DNA of 64,000 nucleotides from Solirubrobacteraceae bacterium (GTDB taxonomy: Bacteria > Actinomycetota > Thermoleophilia > Solirubrobacterales > Solirubrobacteraceae). The position numbers were made by a program, and so were the translations under genes. The stretch is taken from contig JADGPP010000003.1 of NCBI GenBank assembly GCA_017882375.1, positions 9,961 through 73,960 on the forward strand, given 5' to 3'. Of the stretch, positions 16,958-27,391 are shown in pieces (the stretch's first letter is position 1; every line of letters begins with the position of its first letter). The notes under the pieces were generated by a model. It saw only the letters and a program-made list of their open reading frames with translations. It did no database searches and was not told where the DNA came from.

Positions 16958-19420
16958 ATGGCCAAAGACCGCCAGACCGAGCCGTGGAGCGCGCTGCTCG
17001 ACGCCGGGCGCGCCGACGGACGGCTCGTCCGCGAGGCCCACGAAGGCCCCGGCAAGCCCAAGCTCGTCGATCCGCCGCCCGAGCTGCATCCCGACGTGCT
17101 CGGCGCGCTCGATCGCCTCGGCATCCAGCAGCTGTACTCGCACCAGGCCGACGCCGTCTACGCCGCCGCCGACGGCCCGACGATCGTCACCACCGGCACC
17201 GCCTCAGGCAAGTCCATGTGCTTCAACCTGCCCACCCTGCACGTCCTCTGCCAGCAGGCGCGCGCGCGGGCGCTGTACCTCTATCCGACCAAGGCACTCG
17301 CCCAGGACCAGGCGCGCGCGCTCGCCGACTTCGGCCTATCAAAGCGCGTGCGCCCGGCGATCTACGACGGCGACACCCCGCGCGAGGCGCGCGCCGAGAT
17401 CCGCAAGAACGCCAACGTCGTGCTCACCAACCCCGACATGCTGCACGTCGGCATCCTGCCCAACCACGGCGCCTGGCACGACCTGTTCGCCAACCTCGCC
17501 GTCGTCGTCATCGACGAGGCCCACGTCTACCGCGGCGTGTTCGGCTCCCACGTCGCCAACGTGCTGCGCCGCCTGCGCCGCATCGCCGCCGCCTACGGCA
17601 CCGAGCCACGCTTCCTGCTCACCTCCGCCACCATCGCCAACCCCGTCGAGCTCGCGCAGCGGCTCACCGGCCTGCACGACGTCGCCCTGATCGACGACGA
17701 CGGCTCCCCCGAGCCCGAGCGGCGCATCGCCGTGTGGAACCCGCCGCTCACCGACGAGACCGTCGGCGCGCGCCGCTCCGCGCTCGGCGAGGCCGCCGAG
17801 CTGCTCGCGCGCCTCGTCCGCGAGGACGCGCGCACGATCTGCTTCATCAAGTCGCGCAAGGCCGTCGAGCTGCTCAGTCGCCTGGTCAAAGACGACCTCT
17901 CCCAGACCCACCCCGAGCTCGCCGAGCTCGTCGTCCCCTACCGCGCCGGCTACACCCCCCAGCAGCGCCGCGAGCTCGAGGGCCGGCTGATGCGCGGCGA
18001 GTTGCGCGCCGTCATCACCACCGACGCGCTCGAGCTCGGCATCGACATCGGCGCGCTTGACGCCGCCGTCGTCGTCACCTTCCCCGGCACCGTCGCCTCG
18101 CTGCGCCAGATGTGGGGGCGCGCCGGGCGCTCCACCATCGAGCGACGCGGGCGCGGGCTGGCGCTGTACATCGCCGGCGAGGACGCCCTCGACCAGTTCT
18201 TCTGCCGCCATCCCGAAGACTTCCTGCAGCGCCCCGTCGAGGCCGCCATCCTCGACCACGAGAGCCCGCTCATCTTCCGCCAGCACCTGCTCTGCTCGGC
18301 GCACGAGGGCCCGCTGTCGCGCGCGGACGCCGAGTTCCTCGGACCGCGCTGGGAGGCCCACGCCGAGGTTCTGCTCAGCGCCGGCGAGCTGCGACGCAGA
18401 CCGCGTGACGCCAGCGCGCACGCCGACCCCATAGATCAAACCGGCCGAGCAGCCGAGCACGGCTCTGAATCGGGCACCTACGTTCCCCGCCGCCACGGCT
18501 CCTATCCCGCCGGCGACGTCTCGCTGCGCTCCGCCTCGCCCGAGCGCTACGACATCATCGATGTGTCCTCCGGCGAGCTGCTCGGCTCCACCGAGGCCGC
18601 GCGCGCGCACTCCACCGTGCACCAGGGCGCCATCTACCTGCATCTCGGCGAGACCTACGAGGTGCGCGAGCTCGACCTCGATCGCCACCGCGCGCTCGTC
18701 GCGCCCTTCTCCGGCGACTGGTACACCCAGCCCAAGCGCGCCACCGACACCGACATCGTGCGCCTGCTCGACCGCCGCCAGGCGCTCGGCGTGACGCTCT
18801 CCTTCGGCGAGGTCAGCGTCACCGACACCGTCCTCGCCTACCAGCGCAAGGGCGTCTCCGACCATGCCTTCCGCGAGCTCGTCCCGCTCGACCTGCCGCC
18901 CGCCAGCTTCCCCACCCAGGCGCTGTGGTTCGAGCTCGACTCCGGTCAGCTCGAAGACGAGATCCCGCTCGAGGTGCTGCTCGGCGCGCTGCACGCCACC
19001 GAGCATGCACAGATCGCCGTGCTGCCGCTCATCGCCATGTGCGACCGCTGGGACATCGGCGGCCTGTCCACCAACTATCACCCGCAGACCGGCGCCCCCA
19101 CCATCTTCATCTACGACGGGCACCCCGGCGGCATCGGCATCGCCCGCACCGCCTTCGCGCGCTTTGACGAGCTCTGCCGCGACGCCCACGCGCTCGTCTC
19201 CGAGTGCCCCTGCTCCAGCGGCTGTCCCTCCTGCGTGCAGTCGCCCAAGTGCGGCAACCTCAACGAGCCCCTCTCCAAGACCGGCGCGCGCGTGTTGCTC
19301 GCGCGCATGCTCGCCGCCGGCGAGCTGGCCGGCGAACAGGCCGGCGAACAGGGGCCTATCGCAGCCCAACGTGTGAGCGCGCGCCGCTCCGAACGCGGCG
19401 CCTCGTTGTTGAAGGCATAG
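16958..19420 (+). CDS. SF2 DEAH-box helicase with C-terminal DUF1998/MZB domain (SftH/YprA/Hrq1 family)
   Basis: TGTASGKS, YPTKALAQDQ, IDEAH, TSAT, YRAGY, ALELGIDIG, QMWGRAGR, YDGHPGGIG, CPCSSGCPSCVQSPKCG. Confidence 0.93.
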   Translation: MAKDRQTEPWSALLDAGRADGRLVREAHEGPGKPKLVDPPPELHPDVLGALDRLGIQQLYSHQADAVYAAADGPTIVTTGTASGKSMCFNLPTLHVLCQQARARALYLYPTKALAQDQARALADFGLSKRVRPAIYDGDTPREARAEIRKNANVVLTNPDMLHVGILPNHGAWHDLFANLAVVVIDEAHVYRGVFGSHVANVLRRLRRIAAAYGTEPRFLLTSATIANPVELAQRLTGLHDVALIDDDGSPEPERRIAVWNPPLTDETVGARRSALGEAAELLARLVREDARTICFIKSRKAVELLSRLVKDDLSQTHPELAELVVPYRAGYTPQQRRELEGRLMRGELRAVITTDALELGIDIGALDAAVVVTFPGTVASLRQMWGRAGRSTIERRGRGLALYIAGEDALDQFFCRHPEDFLQRPVEAAILDHESPLIFRQHLLCSAHEGPLSRADAEFLGPRWEAHAEVLLSAGELRRRPRDASAHADPIDQTGRAAEHGSESGTYVPRRHGSYPAGDVSLRSASPERYDIIDVSSGELLGSTEAARAHSTVHQGAIYLHLGETYEVRELDLDRHRALVAPFSGDWYTQPKRATDTDIVRLLDRRQALGVTLSFGEVSVTDTVLAYQRKGVSDHAFRELVPLDLPPASFPTQALWFELDSGQLEDEIPLEVLLGALHATEHAQIAVLPLIAMCDRWDIGGLSTNYHPQTGAPTIFIYDGHPGGIGIARTAFARFDELCRDAHALVSECPCSSGCPSCVQSPKCGNLNEPLSKTGARVLLARMLAAGELAGEQAGEQGPIAAQRVSARRSERGASLLKA

Positions 19421-19422
19421 TC

Positions 19423-21303
19423 ATGCCCCGCTTGCCCAAGCAGGCGGCCTTCGCCGCCCTCGTCGTCTGCGTCGCGCTCGCCGCCGTCGCGGCCTCCGCG
19501 CAGGCGCCCCCCAGCGCAGCTCCCGCCACCGAAGGCCCCTCCGGGCGCATCGCCCTCACCCGCTGGACGCTCGCGCTGGACCCCGCCGACCGCGGGCTCG
19601 CGCGCGGCTGGCCACGCGGCGGCTTTCCCGGGCGCGCAGTCAGCGTGCCCAACGTCGTCGACCCCATCGACATCAAAGGCCGCGCCGGTCAGCGCAACTA
19701 CGAAGGCTCCGTCGCCTGGTATCGCACCAGCATTCAAGCCCCCACCTCCGGGCAGTACGCGTTCAGCTTCAGCTCCGCCAACTTCAACGCCACCGCCTAC
19801 CTCGACGGCAAGGCGATCGTCTCCCACCACGGCTCCTACCTGCCCTTTGAAGGCCGCGCCACCCTCGCGCCCGGCCCCCACACGCTCGTCGTCCGCGTCG
19901 ACTGGCGCAACCCCGGCGCGCAGAGCAAACAAGGCTTTCACCGCACCTGGTTCAACTGGGGCGGGCTCCACGGCGCCGTCAGCATGCGCCCGATCGGCCA
20001 GAGCGAGCTGCTGGGACCGAGCATCCAGACGACGCTCGCACCCGAACCGGCCGCGGCCGTGCGGGCGGGAGTGCGGGCAACCGTGCGGCTCGCGGTCAAC
20101 GTGCGCAACAACGGCCCCGAACGACCGATCGCGCCGAGCGGGGCGCTAACCGGCGCCGGGCAGACGATCCCGCTGCAGTTGCCCGCGCAGACGCTCGCGC
20201 ACGGCCAAACCGCCGCGTTCACCACCAGCGTCACCGTCCCCGAACCCGCGCTGTGGTCGCCCAGCCATCCCAACCTCTACACGCTGAACCTGTCGATCGG
20301 CCAGGAGAGCGGCTACGCCGCGCGTGTCGGCCTGCGCCAGCTGACCTGGCACGAAGGTCGCATCCTGCTCAACGGCCGCCACCTGGAGCTCCACGGCGCC
20401 TCCATCCAGGAGGACGCTAGTGGCCACGGTGACGCCCTCACCCCCGGCGATCAGGACACGCTCGTCGCCGAGCTCCAGACGATCGGCGCCAACGCCGTGC
20501 GCTCGCAGCACCCGCTCGACCCCGCCCTGCTCGAACGCCTCGACGCCGCCGGCATCCTCGTCTGGCAGGGCGTCGGCCCCGTCGAAGGCGCCAGCAACTG
20601 GTACTCGACCACGCCCACCCTCCTGCGCGAAGCCGAGCAGCAGGCACGCACCGCCGCGCTCGCCGCTGCGCTGCACCCCTCGATCATCGCCTGGAACCTC
20701 GTCGACGAGGTCGCCAACAACGGCCGCAACGGCGCCGAGGTCAGCTACGTACAGACCCTCACCAAGTGGCTGCACCAGCACGACCCCACGCGCATGGTCG
20801 GCGTCGACGTCTGGGGCGATCACCCCCCCGTCCAAGCCGGTACGCTCTACCGCGGCGTCGACGCCGTCGCCGAGACCGACTACACCGGCTGGTACGACTC
20901 GCCGCAGCTCTCCGACGCCCAACAGCGCGCCGCCATGCGCGCCCGCCTGCTCGCCCAGGAGCGCACCTTCGCCGGCAAGGTCCTCCTGATCAGCGAGTTC
21001 GGGGCCGAATCCAACACGCTCAACCCCGCCGGCTCCCCCGGCAGCTATTCCTTCCAGGCCAGCCTGCTCGCCCGTCACATCGCCGTCTACACCGCCGACC
21101 CCAAGCTCAGCGGCATGCTCATCTGGGATCTGCGCGACTACCCGCTCGTTCCCTCCTTCCAAGGCGGCTCCATCCACTTCAAGCTCCCCACACTGCGCCT
21201 CATCGAAGGCATCAACCAGAAGGGCCTGTTCACCTACAGCGGCGCCGCCAAGCCCGCCGCCTCCGCCGTCGCGCAGCTGTTCAAGCCGCTGCCCCAGGAC
21301 TGA
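19423..21303 (+). CDS. Secreted glycoside hydrolase family 2 (beta-glucuronidase/galactosidase-like)
   Basis: Signal peptide; YEGSVAWYRT, HHGSYLPFE, WFNWGGLHG, GANAVRSQHP, WNLVDE acid/base region, LISEFG nucleophile. Confidence 0.85.
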   Translation: MPRLPKQAAFAALVVCVALAAVAASAQAPPSAAPATEGPSGRIALTRWTLALDPADRGLARGWPRGGFPGRAVSVPNVVDPIDIKGRAGQRNYEGSVAWYRTSIQAPTSGQYAFSFSSANFNATAYLDGKAIVSHHGSYLPFEGRATLAPGPHTLVVRVDWRNPGAQSKQGFHRTWFNWGGLHGAVSMRPIGQSELLGPSIQTTLAPEPAAAVRAGVRATVRLAVNVRNNGPERPIAPSGALTGAGQTIPLQLPAQTLAHGQTAAFTTSVTVPEPALWSPSHPNLYTLNLSIGQESGYAARVGLRQLTWHEGRILLNGRHLELHGASIQEDASGHGDALTPGDQDTLVAELQTIGANAVRSQHPLDPALLERLDAAGILVWQGVGPVEGASNWYSTTPTLLREAEQQARTAALAAALHPSIIAWNLVDEVANNGRNGAEVSYVQTLTKWLHQHDPTRMVGVDVWGDHPPVQAGTLYRGVDAVAETDYTGWYDSPQLSDAQQRAAMRARLLAQERTFAGKVLLISEFGAESNTLNPAGSPGSYSFQASLLARHIAVYTADPKLSGMLIWDLRDYPLVPSFQGGSIHFKLPTLRLIEGINQKGLFTYSGAAKPAASAVAQLFKPLPQD

Positions 21304-21359
21304 GGCAGGCCAGCTCAGGGTCCGGGCGCAGGGTGGGTTGCTCTTTTTGTGTGCAGCGA

Positions 21360-21394
21360 TAGCAATGGTATCTACGGCGTATATACCATCGCTA
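21360..21394. repeat. REP/REPIN-like element copy B (hairpin doublet between convergent genes)
   Basis: TAGCAATGGTATCTAC, GGC, GTATATACCATCGCTA; 14 of 16 arm positions complementary. Confidence 0.85.
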
Positions 21395-21411
21395 CCGGTG
21401 TGTGCAATCCG

Positions 21412-23757
21412 TCAACCGCCTCTCACCGCCGCAGCCGCGATCGCCGCCTGGCCGTAGGAGATCGCCCCGTCGTTCGGCGGCAGGCGCTCCGCGACGAGCG
21501 CGCGCAGTCCCGCTGACTCGACGCGCGCGGCCACGCCCTCGAGCAGCAGGCGGTTCTGAAACACGCCGCCGCCGAGCACGACCAGCGACACGCCGTGCGC
21601 TCGCGCGATCTGCAGGCAAGCGCGCGCCGTCGCCGTCGCCAGCGTGCTGTGAAAGCGCGCCGAGATCGTCTCGCGCGCCGCGCCCGCCGCGACGTCCGCC
21701 GCTACCGCCGCGATCGTCGGGCGCGCATCGAGCTGGTCGTCCTCGAAGGGCATCTCATAGCTCCCGCGCTCGTGTGGGTCGGCCAGCGCCTCGAGCTCGA
21801 CCGCCGCCTGGCCCTCGTAGGAGACGCGCTCGCCGGCGCCGCAGATCGCCGCCACCGCGTCGCACAGTCGCCCCACGCTCGTCGTGATCGGCGAGGCGAC
21901 GCCCTCGCCGGCGATCCTCGCCACGGCCGCCCAGCGCTCGGGGTCGACGATGCCCGCGAGCGACGGCGGGACCGGCGGCAGGGGGTCGCCGGTCGTCTCG
22001 GCGATCCACTCGCAGGCCATCCGCCACGGCTCGCGCGCCGCGCTGTCGCCGCCCGGCAGGCGCACCGGACGCAGGTGCCCGGCGCGCACGAAGCCCTGCA
22101 GGTCGCCCAGCAGCAGCTCGCCGCCCCACACCGTCTCGTCGCTGCCGTAGCCCGCGCCGTCGTAGATCGCGCCCACCGCCGGGCCGCGCTCGCCGTGCTC
22201 GGCCAGCACCGCCGCGAGGTGCGCATGATGGTGCTGCACCGCCAGCAGCGCCGGCTCCCCGTCCTGCAGCTCGCGCTCCAGCGCGTAGGACGTCGACAGG
22301 TAATCCGGATGCAGATCGTGCGCGACCAGCCGCGGGCTCACCGCGAACAGCCGCTGGAAGTGCGCGATCCCCTCGCGGAAGGAGCGCAGCGTCTCCCAGT
22401 TGCCCAGATCGCCGATGTGGTGACCGACCCACGCCCGCGCGCCACGCACCAGGCAGAACGTGCTCTTCAGCTCCGCGCCGCACGCCAACAGGTCTCGCTC
22501 CGCGACGACCGGCAGCGCGATGCTCGCCGGGACGTAGCCGCGTGAGCGCCGCAGCATCTGCGCGCGACGGCGCGCGCCCACGCTCACGACCCGCGCCAGC
22601 GAGTCGTCGGTGCGCATGTGCACCGGGCGGTCGTGCAGCAGGAAGGCGTCGGCGATCGACTTCAGGCGCATGATCGCGTCATCGTCCTCGTAGGCGATCG
22701 GCTCGTCGCAGACGTTGCCGCTGGTCATCACCAGCGCCTCGATCCCCAGCTCGTGCGCGTCCGCCAGCAGCAGGTGGTGAAGCGGCGTGTACGCGAGCAT
22801 CACGCCGAGCTCGCGCGCGCCCGGGGCGACGGCCTCAGCCGCCGCCGCATCCGCTCGCCGCGGCGCGAGCACGATCGGGCGCGCAGGCGAGCGCAGCAGC
22901 GCGATCTCCTCCTCGGCGAACATCGCCAGCCCCGTTGCCGCGTGCACGTCGGCGACCATCAGCGCGAACGGCCGGTCCTCGCGTCGCTTGCGCGTGCGCA
23001 GCGCAGCCACCGGCGCGTGCTCGTCGGCGCGGCACGCCAGGTGGTAGCCGCCCAGTCCCTTGATCGCGACGATCGCGCCCGCCGCGATCAGCTCCGCCGC
23101 GCCGGCCACAGCATCGGCGACGTGCGTCGCGTCGCGCATGATCAGGTGCGGCGCATCGCCCTCGGCGCCCAGCAGGCGCGCCTGCGGACCGCATTGCGGG
23201 CAGGCGTTCGGCTGGGCGTGAAAGCGCCGGTCGAGCGGGTTGTCGTACTCGGCGCGACACGCCGCGCACATCGCAAACCCGGCCATCGTCGTCAGCGGCC
23301 TGTCGTAGGGCACGCCGCGCACGATCGTAAAGCGCGGCCCGCAGTTGGTGCAGTTGATGAACGGGTAGCGAAAGCGACGGTCGCGCTGATCGGTCAGCTC
23401 GGCCAGGCAGTCGGCGCACGTCGCCGTGTCAGGCGCCACGAGCGCCTCGGCGTGGCGGCGCGGAGCCGCGCTCGGGGCGATCTGAAAGCTGCGCTCGCCG
23501 CGCACGTCCAGCGGCTGCCACGACACGTCCTCGACGCGCGCCAGCGGCGGCGCCTGCTCGCGCACGCGCAGCAGGAACGCGTCCACGGCGTCGCGCGCGC
23601 CCTCGATCTCCAGCTCGACGCCGCGCTCGTCGTTGCGCACCCACCCACCGAGCGCCAGCTCCTGGGCCAGCCGGAAGACGAACGGGCGAAAGCCCACGCC
23701 CTGCACCGTGCCGCCGACGCGCACGCGCATCCTGCAGATCCCCGCCGTCGCGGCCAT
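21412..23757 (-). CDS. hypF: Carbamoyltransferase HypF
   Basis: GTVQGVGFRPF acylphosphatase domain, CADC/CTNC/CAAC/CPQC zinc fingers, KGLGGYHL, HHHAH, PPNDGAISYGQA. Confidence 0.96.
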   Translation of the reverse strand: MAATAGICRMRVRVGGTVQGVGFRPFVFRLAQELALGGWVRNDERGVELEIEGARDAVDAFLLRVREQAPPLARVEDVSWQPLDVRGERSFQIAPSAAPRRHAEALVAPDTATCADCLAELTDQRDRRFRYPFINCTNCGPRFTIVRGVPYDRPLTTMAGFAMCAACRAEYDNPLDRRFHAQPNACPQCGPQARLLGAEGDAPHLIMRDATHVADAVAGAAELIAAGAIVAIKGLGGYHLACRADEHAPVAALRTRKRREDRPFALMVADVHAATGLAMFAEEEIALLRSPARPIVLAPRRADAAAAEAVAPGARELGVMLAYTPLHHLLLADAHELGIEALVMTSGNVCDEPIAYEDDDAIMRLKSIADAFLLHDRPVHMRTDDSLARVVSVGARRRAQMLRRSRGYVPASIALPVVAERDLLACGAELKSTFCLVRGARAWVGHHIGDLGNWETLRSFREGIAHFQRLFAVSPRLVAHDLHPDYLSTSYALERELQDGEPALLAVQHHHAHLAAVLAEHGERGPAVGAIYDGAGYGSDETVWGGELLLGDLQGFVRAGHLRPVRLPGGDSAAREPWRMACEWIAETTGDPLPPVPPSLAGIVDPERWAAVARIAGEGVASPITTSVGRLCDAVAAICGAGERVSYEGQAAVELEALADPHERGSYEMPFEDDQLDARPTIAAVAADVAAGAARETISARFHSTLATATARACLQIARAHGVSLVVLGGGVFQNRLLLEGVAARVESAGLRALVAERLPPNDGAISYGQAAIAAAAVRGG

Positions 23758-23784
23758 CGGCTCACTCCCGCCCGGGTCGCTCGA

Positions 23785-24498
23785 TCATGCCGGCGCCGAT
23801 CCCGCGGGTGTGAAGGTCCCGTCGCCTGCGCGCGCGGCGGCGACCTTGTCGATCAGCCAGTCGCGCAGGGCGTCGACGCCCTCGCCCGTGCGCGCGCTGC
23901 AGATCAGATGCTCGATCCCCGGATGGACCGTCTGCAGGTTCGCCAGCAGCCTGTCGAGATCGACGTCGGTGTGCTCGATCAGGTCGATCTTGTTGACGAC
24001 CGCAAGCTCGCAGGCACGGAACATCAGCGGGTACTTCAGCGGCTTGTCCTCCCCCTCGGCCACCGAGCAGACCATCGCACGGACGTCCTCGCCGACGCGG
24101 AACTCGGCCGGGCAGACGAGGTTGCCGACGTTCTCGATGATCAGCAGGTCGATGTCGGCCAGCGGCAGCGCGCTCAGCGCCGAGCGGACCATGTTCGCAT
24201 CGAGGTGGCACTCGCCGCCAAAGCCCGCGCTCGTGTTCAGCTGGACGACCGGTACGTGCAGCGAGGCCAGCCGCTCGGCGTCCAGCGAGCCCTCCACGTC
24301 GCCCTCCAGCACGGCCACGCGCACGTCGCCGAGATCGTCCAGCGCTCGCTCCAGCAGCGCCGTCTTGCCCGCGCCCGGCGCGCTCATCAGGTTGATGACC
24401 GTCACCCCCGCGCGGTCGAAATCCTCGCGGTTTGCGCGAGCGATCGTATTGTTGGCATCGAGCGCGTCCTCGACGACCCTGACCTTGATCCGGTGCAT
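23785..24498 (-). CDS. hypB: Hydrogenase nickel incorporation GTPase HypB
   Basis: SAPGAGKTALLE, GECHLDANMV, ENVGNLVCPA, GEDKPLKYP, NKIDL. Confidence 0.96.
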   Translation of the reverse strand: MHRIKVRVVEDALDANNTIARANREDFDRAGVTVINLMSAPGAGKTALLERALDDLGDVRVAVLEGDVEGSLDAERLASLHVPVVQLNTSAGFGGECHLDANMVRSALSALPLADIDLLIIENVGNLVCPAEFRVGEDVRAMVCSVAEGEDKPLKYPLMFRACELAVVNKIDLIEHTDVDLDRLLANLQTVHPGIEHLICSARTGEGVDALRDWLIDKVAAARAGDGTFTPAGSAPA

Positions 24499-24522
24499 CG
24501 CTACACCGCCGACCGATCGGCT

Positions 24523-24900
24523 TCAGACATGGCTGCCACGGTGAACCCGTTCGCCGGTCGTCGGTTCCTCCTCGAGCTCGAGCGCGTCGACGAGCAGCTC
24601 CTCGCCCGCGACCAGATCGATGTCGAGTCCCTCACAACGCCCACAGCGAAGCGGGAAGTCCTCCAGCACGCTGCGCGCGCCGCACGTGCGACAGCACCCG
24701 ACGGCGGGTACGTGTGTGATCTGCAGCTCGCAGCCGTCGAGCGCTGTGCCGGGTGTGAGCAGCGCGAAGGCGAAGCTCAGCGACTCTGGCACGACCTGGC
24801 GCAGGTGGCCCACGCGAACCTCGATCTTCACCACGCGGCGCCCTTTGGCGTGGCGCGCGGCGATGTCGGCGATCGCCTGGGCGATCGACAGCTCGTGCAT
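24523..24900 (-). CDS. hypA: Hydrogenase nickel metallochaperone HypA
   Basis: MHELSIA N-terminus, CRTC...CGRC zinc site, GEEL. Confidence 0.94.
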   Translation of the reverse strand: MHELSIAQAIADIAARHAKGRRVVKIEVRVGHLRQVVPESLSFAFALLTPGTALDGCELQITHVPAVGCCRTCGARSVLEDFPLRCGRCEGLDIDLVAGEELLVDALELEEEPTTGERVHRGSHV

Positions 24901-25988
24901 CAGCAGATCCTCGGCAGCGGGTCGCCGACGAGTTGATCCATCACGCGCCGCCCGCCGAACGCCGTCTCGACGAGCACCATCGCCGGCGGGTCCGTCTTGA
25001 CCTCGCCGATCTCCGCTGCCCGCTCGCCGCCGGGGACCTCGCGCAGCGCGGCCAGCGCGCGCTCGGCGTGCTCGGGCGCGACGAACGCGACGAACTTGCC
25101 CTCGTTGGCCACGTACATCGGGTCGATGCCGAGGATCTCCGCGGCTCCGGCGACGGCCGGCTGGACGGGCACGGCCGCCTCGCGCACGACCATCGCCACG
25201 CCGGAGGCGCGCGCGAGCTCGTTGAGGACCGAGGCCACGCCGCCGCGCGTGGCGTCGCGCAGGCAGCGCAGGCCGGGGCCGGCCGCGTCGAGCAGGCCGT
25301 CGACCGCGGGCCACAGCGAGTGCGTGTCGGACTCGATGTCGGCCTCCAGCCCGAGCTCACCGCGGGCGAGCATGATCGCCGTGCCGTGCTCGCCGATCGT
25401 GCCCGACAGCAGGATGCGGTCGCCCGGGCGCAGCAGGTCGGGGCCGAGGACGGCGCGCGGGTCGCGCCTGCCCAGCCCGGTCGTGCAGATGTACATCCCG
25501 TCGGCGTGGCCGCGTTCGACGACCTTGGTGTCGCCGGCGACGATCTGCACGCCGGCTTCGCGCGCGGCGGCGGCGATCGCCGCGACCTCCTCGCGCAGCG
25601 TGTCGGCTGCCAGCCCCTCCTCGAGCACGAGCGAGAGCGTCAGCGCAAGCGGGCGCGCGCCGGCCATCGCCAGGTCGTTGACCGTGCCGTTGACGGCCAG
25701 CTCGCCGATCGAGCCGCCGGGGAAGCGCAGCGGCTTGACGACGAACGAGTCCGTCGTCAGCGCGAGATCGACGCCGTCGACGCTCAGCGCGCCCGCGTCG
25801 GCCATCGCGTCGAGTGCCGGCGAGGCGAACGCGGGGACGAACAGCCCTTCGATCAGCGACGTCGTCGCCTTGCCGCCGGCGCCGTGGGACATCGTGATGT
25901 GCGCGTCGCGGAACTTCGGGCGCTTGGCGCGCGCCGTCTCGATGATCCGCAGGATCTTCGCCTCGCGCTCGGAGACGAGCTCGGCCAT
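24900..25988 (-). CDS. hypE: Hydrogenase maturation protein HypE
   Basis: SHGAGGK, TTDSFVVKPLRFPGGSIG, GDTKVV, RDATRGG, ANEGK, C-terminal LPRIC. Confidence 0.96.
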   Translation of the reverse strand: MAELVSEREAKILRIIETARAKRPKFRDAHITMSHGAGGKATTSLIEGLFVPAFASPALDAMADAGALSVDGVDLALTTDSFVVKPLRFPGGSIGELAVNGTVNDLAMAGARPLALTLSLVLEEGLAADTLREEVAAIAAAAREAGVQIVAGDTKVVERGHADGMYICTTGLGRRDPRAVLGPDLLRPGDRILLSGTIGEHGTAIMLARGELGLEADIESDTHSLWPAVDGLLDAAGPGLRCLRDATRGGVASVLNELARASGVAMVVREAAVPVQPAVAGAAEILGIDPMYVANEGKFVAFVAPEHAERALAALREVPGGERAAEIGEVKTDPPAMVLVETAFGGRRVMDQLVGDPLPRIC

Positions 25989-27103
25989 CACACGACCTCG
26001 CGCTCGCGGGCAAAGCGCCCGTAGTTGTAGTAGGCCGCGCACGCGCCCTCGGGGCTGACCATGCAGGCTCCGATCGGCCGCTCGGGCGTGCAGGCGGTGC
26101 CGAACACCTTGCACTCCCACGGCTTGATCGCGCCCTTGAGCACCTCGCCGCACTGGCACGCCTGCGGATCGGCGACGCGCACGCCGGGCACCGCGAAGCG
26201 CAGCTCGGCGTCCCACTCGGCGTAGTTGTCGGACAGCCGCAGCGCGCTCTTGGGAATGAAGCCGAGCCCGCGCCACTCGAACTCCGGGCGCACCGCGAAG
26301 ACCTCGTCCATGACCTCCAGCGCGCGCGGGTTGCCCTGCGCGGGGACGACACGCGCGTACTGGTTCTCGACCTCGGCGCGCCCGTCGGCGATCTGGCGCA
26401 GCACCATCAGCATCGACTGCAGCAGGTCCAGCGGCTCAAAGCCGGAGATCGCCACTGGCTTGCCGTACTCGTCCGGCATGAACTGGAAGGGCCGCAACCC
26501 GATCACCGTGGCGACGTGACCGGGCCCGATGAAGCCGTCGAGGCGCAGGTCGGGCGACTCCAGCAGCGCGCGCAGCGGCGGGACGATCGTCACGTGCGAG
26601 CAGATCACCGAGAAGTTCTGCACGTTCTCGGCCTTGGCGCGGCGCAGTGTCAACGCCGTCGATGGCGCAGTGGTCTCGAAGCCGATCGCAAAGAACACGA
26701 CCTGACGCTCGGGATGCTGCTTGGCGATGCGCAGCGCGTCCAGTGGCGAGTAGACGACGCGCACGTCGGCGCCCTGCGCCTTGGCGTCGAGCAGCGTCTG
26801 GCTGGAGCCGGGCACGCGCAGCATGTCGCCGAAGCAGGTGAAGATCACGCCCGGCTGATGCGCGAGCGAGATGCCGTCGTCGACGCGACCCATCGGAATC
26901 ACGCAGACCGGACAGCCGGGGCCGTGGACGAGCTCGACGTTCGGCGGCAGCAGGTCGTCCACGCCGTACTTGTAGATCGCGTGCGTGTGCCCGCCGCAGA
27001 CCTCCATGATCTTGTAGTGGCGGCCGGGCTCGACGGTCGCGAGGATCTCCACGGCGAGCGCCCGGCCGAGCTCGGCGTCGCGGAACTCGTCGATGAACTT
27101 CAT
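25988..27103 (-). CDS. hypD: Hydrogenase maturation protein HypD
   Basis: MEVCGGHTH, HGPGCPVC, GFETTAP, GPGHV, CQCGEVLKG, CMVSPEGACAA. Confidence 0.96.
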   Translation of the reverse strand: MKFIDEFRDAELGRALAVEILATVEPGRHYKIMEVCGGHTHAIYKYGVDDLLPPNVELVHGPGCPVCVIPMGRVDDGISLAHQPGVIFTCFGDMLRVPGSSQTLLDAKAQGADVRVVYSPLDALRIAKQHPERQVVFFAIGFETTAPSTALTLRRAKAENVQNFSVICSHVTIVPPLRALLESPDLRLDGFIGPGHVATVIGLRPFQFMPDEYGKPVAISGFEPLDLLQSMLMVLRQIADGRAEVENQYARVVPAQGNPRALEVMDEVFAVRPEFEWRGLGFIPKSALRLSDNYAEWDAELRFAVPGVRVADPQACQCGEVLKGAIKPWECKVFGTACTPERPIGACMVSPEGACAAYYNYGRFAREREVV

Positions 27104-27378
27104 GCGACGGTCTCCCGCGCTGCGCCGGTGCCCTTGCCGGCGGCGGTGCCGGCGGCGGCGTCCGGCTCGGCGGCGCGCGACAGCGCCGCGCCGGCGTGCA
27201 CGAGCAGCCACTCCCCGTCCTGCACCGGCTCCACCAGCGCGATCTCCACGCTCTCGCGCTCGCCGCGCGTGCTCTGGCAGAGCGCCAAGCGGCGTGCGCG
27301 GTCGATCTCGACGACCAGCATCGGGATCGCCACGTCGCCACACGTGATGCAGCCGCGGGCGGCGACGTGCTCGCTCAT
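27100..27378 (-). CDS. HypC/HybG/HupF-like chaperone paralog (atypical CITC N-terminus)
   Basis: GEWLLVHAGAAL HypC signature; N-terminal GCITCGD instead of MCLAIP. Confidence 0.7.
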   Translation of the reverse strand: MSEHVAARGCITCGDVAIPMLVVEIDRARRLALCQSTRGERESVEIALVEPVQDGEWLLVHAGAALSRAAEPDAAAGTAAGKGTGAARETVA

Positions 27379-27391
27379 GCCGATCGCCCGG

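Noticed and set aside
17339-19369. Long antisense ORF (676 aa) and similar shadow ORFs such as 46436-48451, 38219-39637 and 22618-24936
   Set aside because: They lie opposite well-supported genes and have no motifs; this is expected from stop-codon scarcity at high GC.
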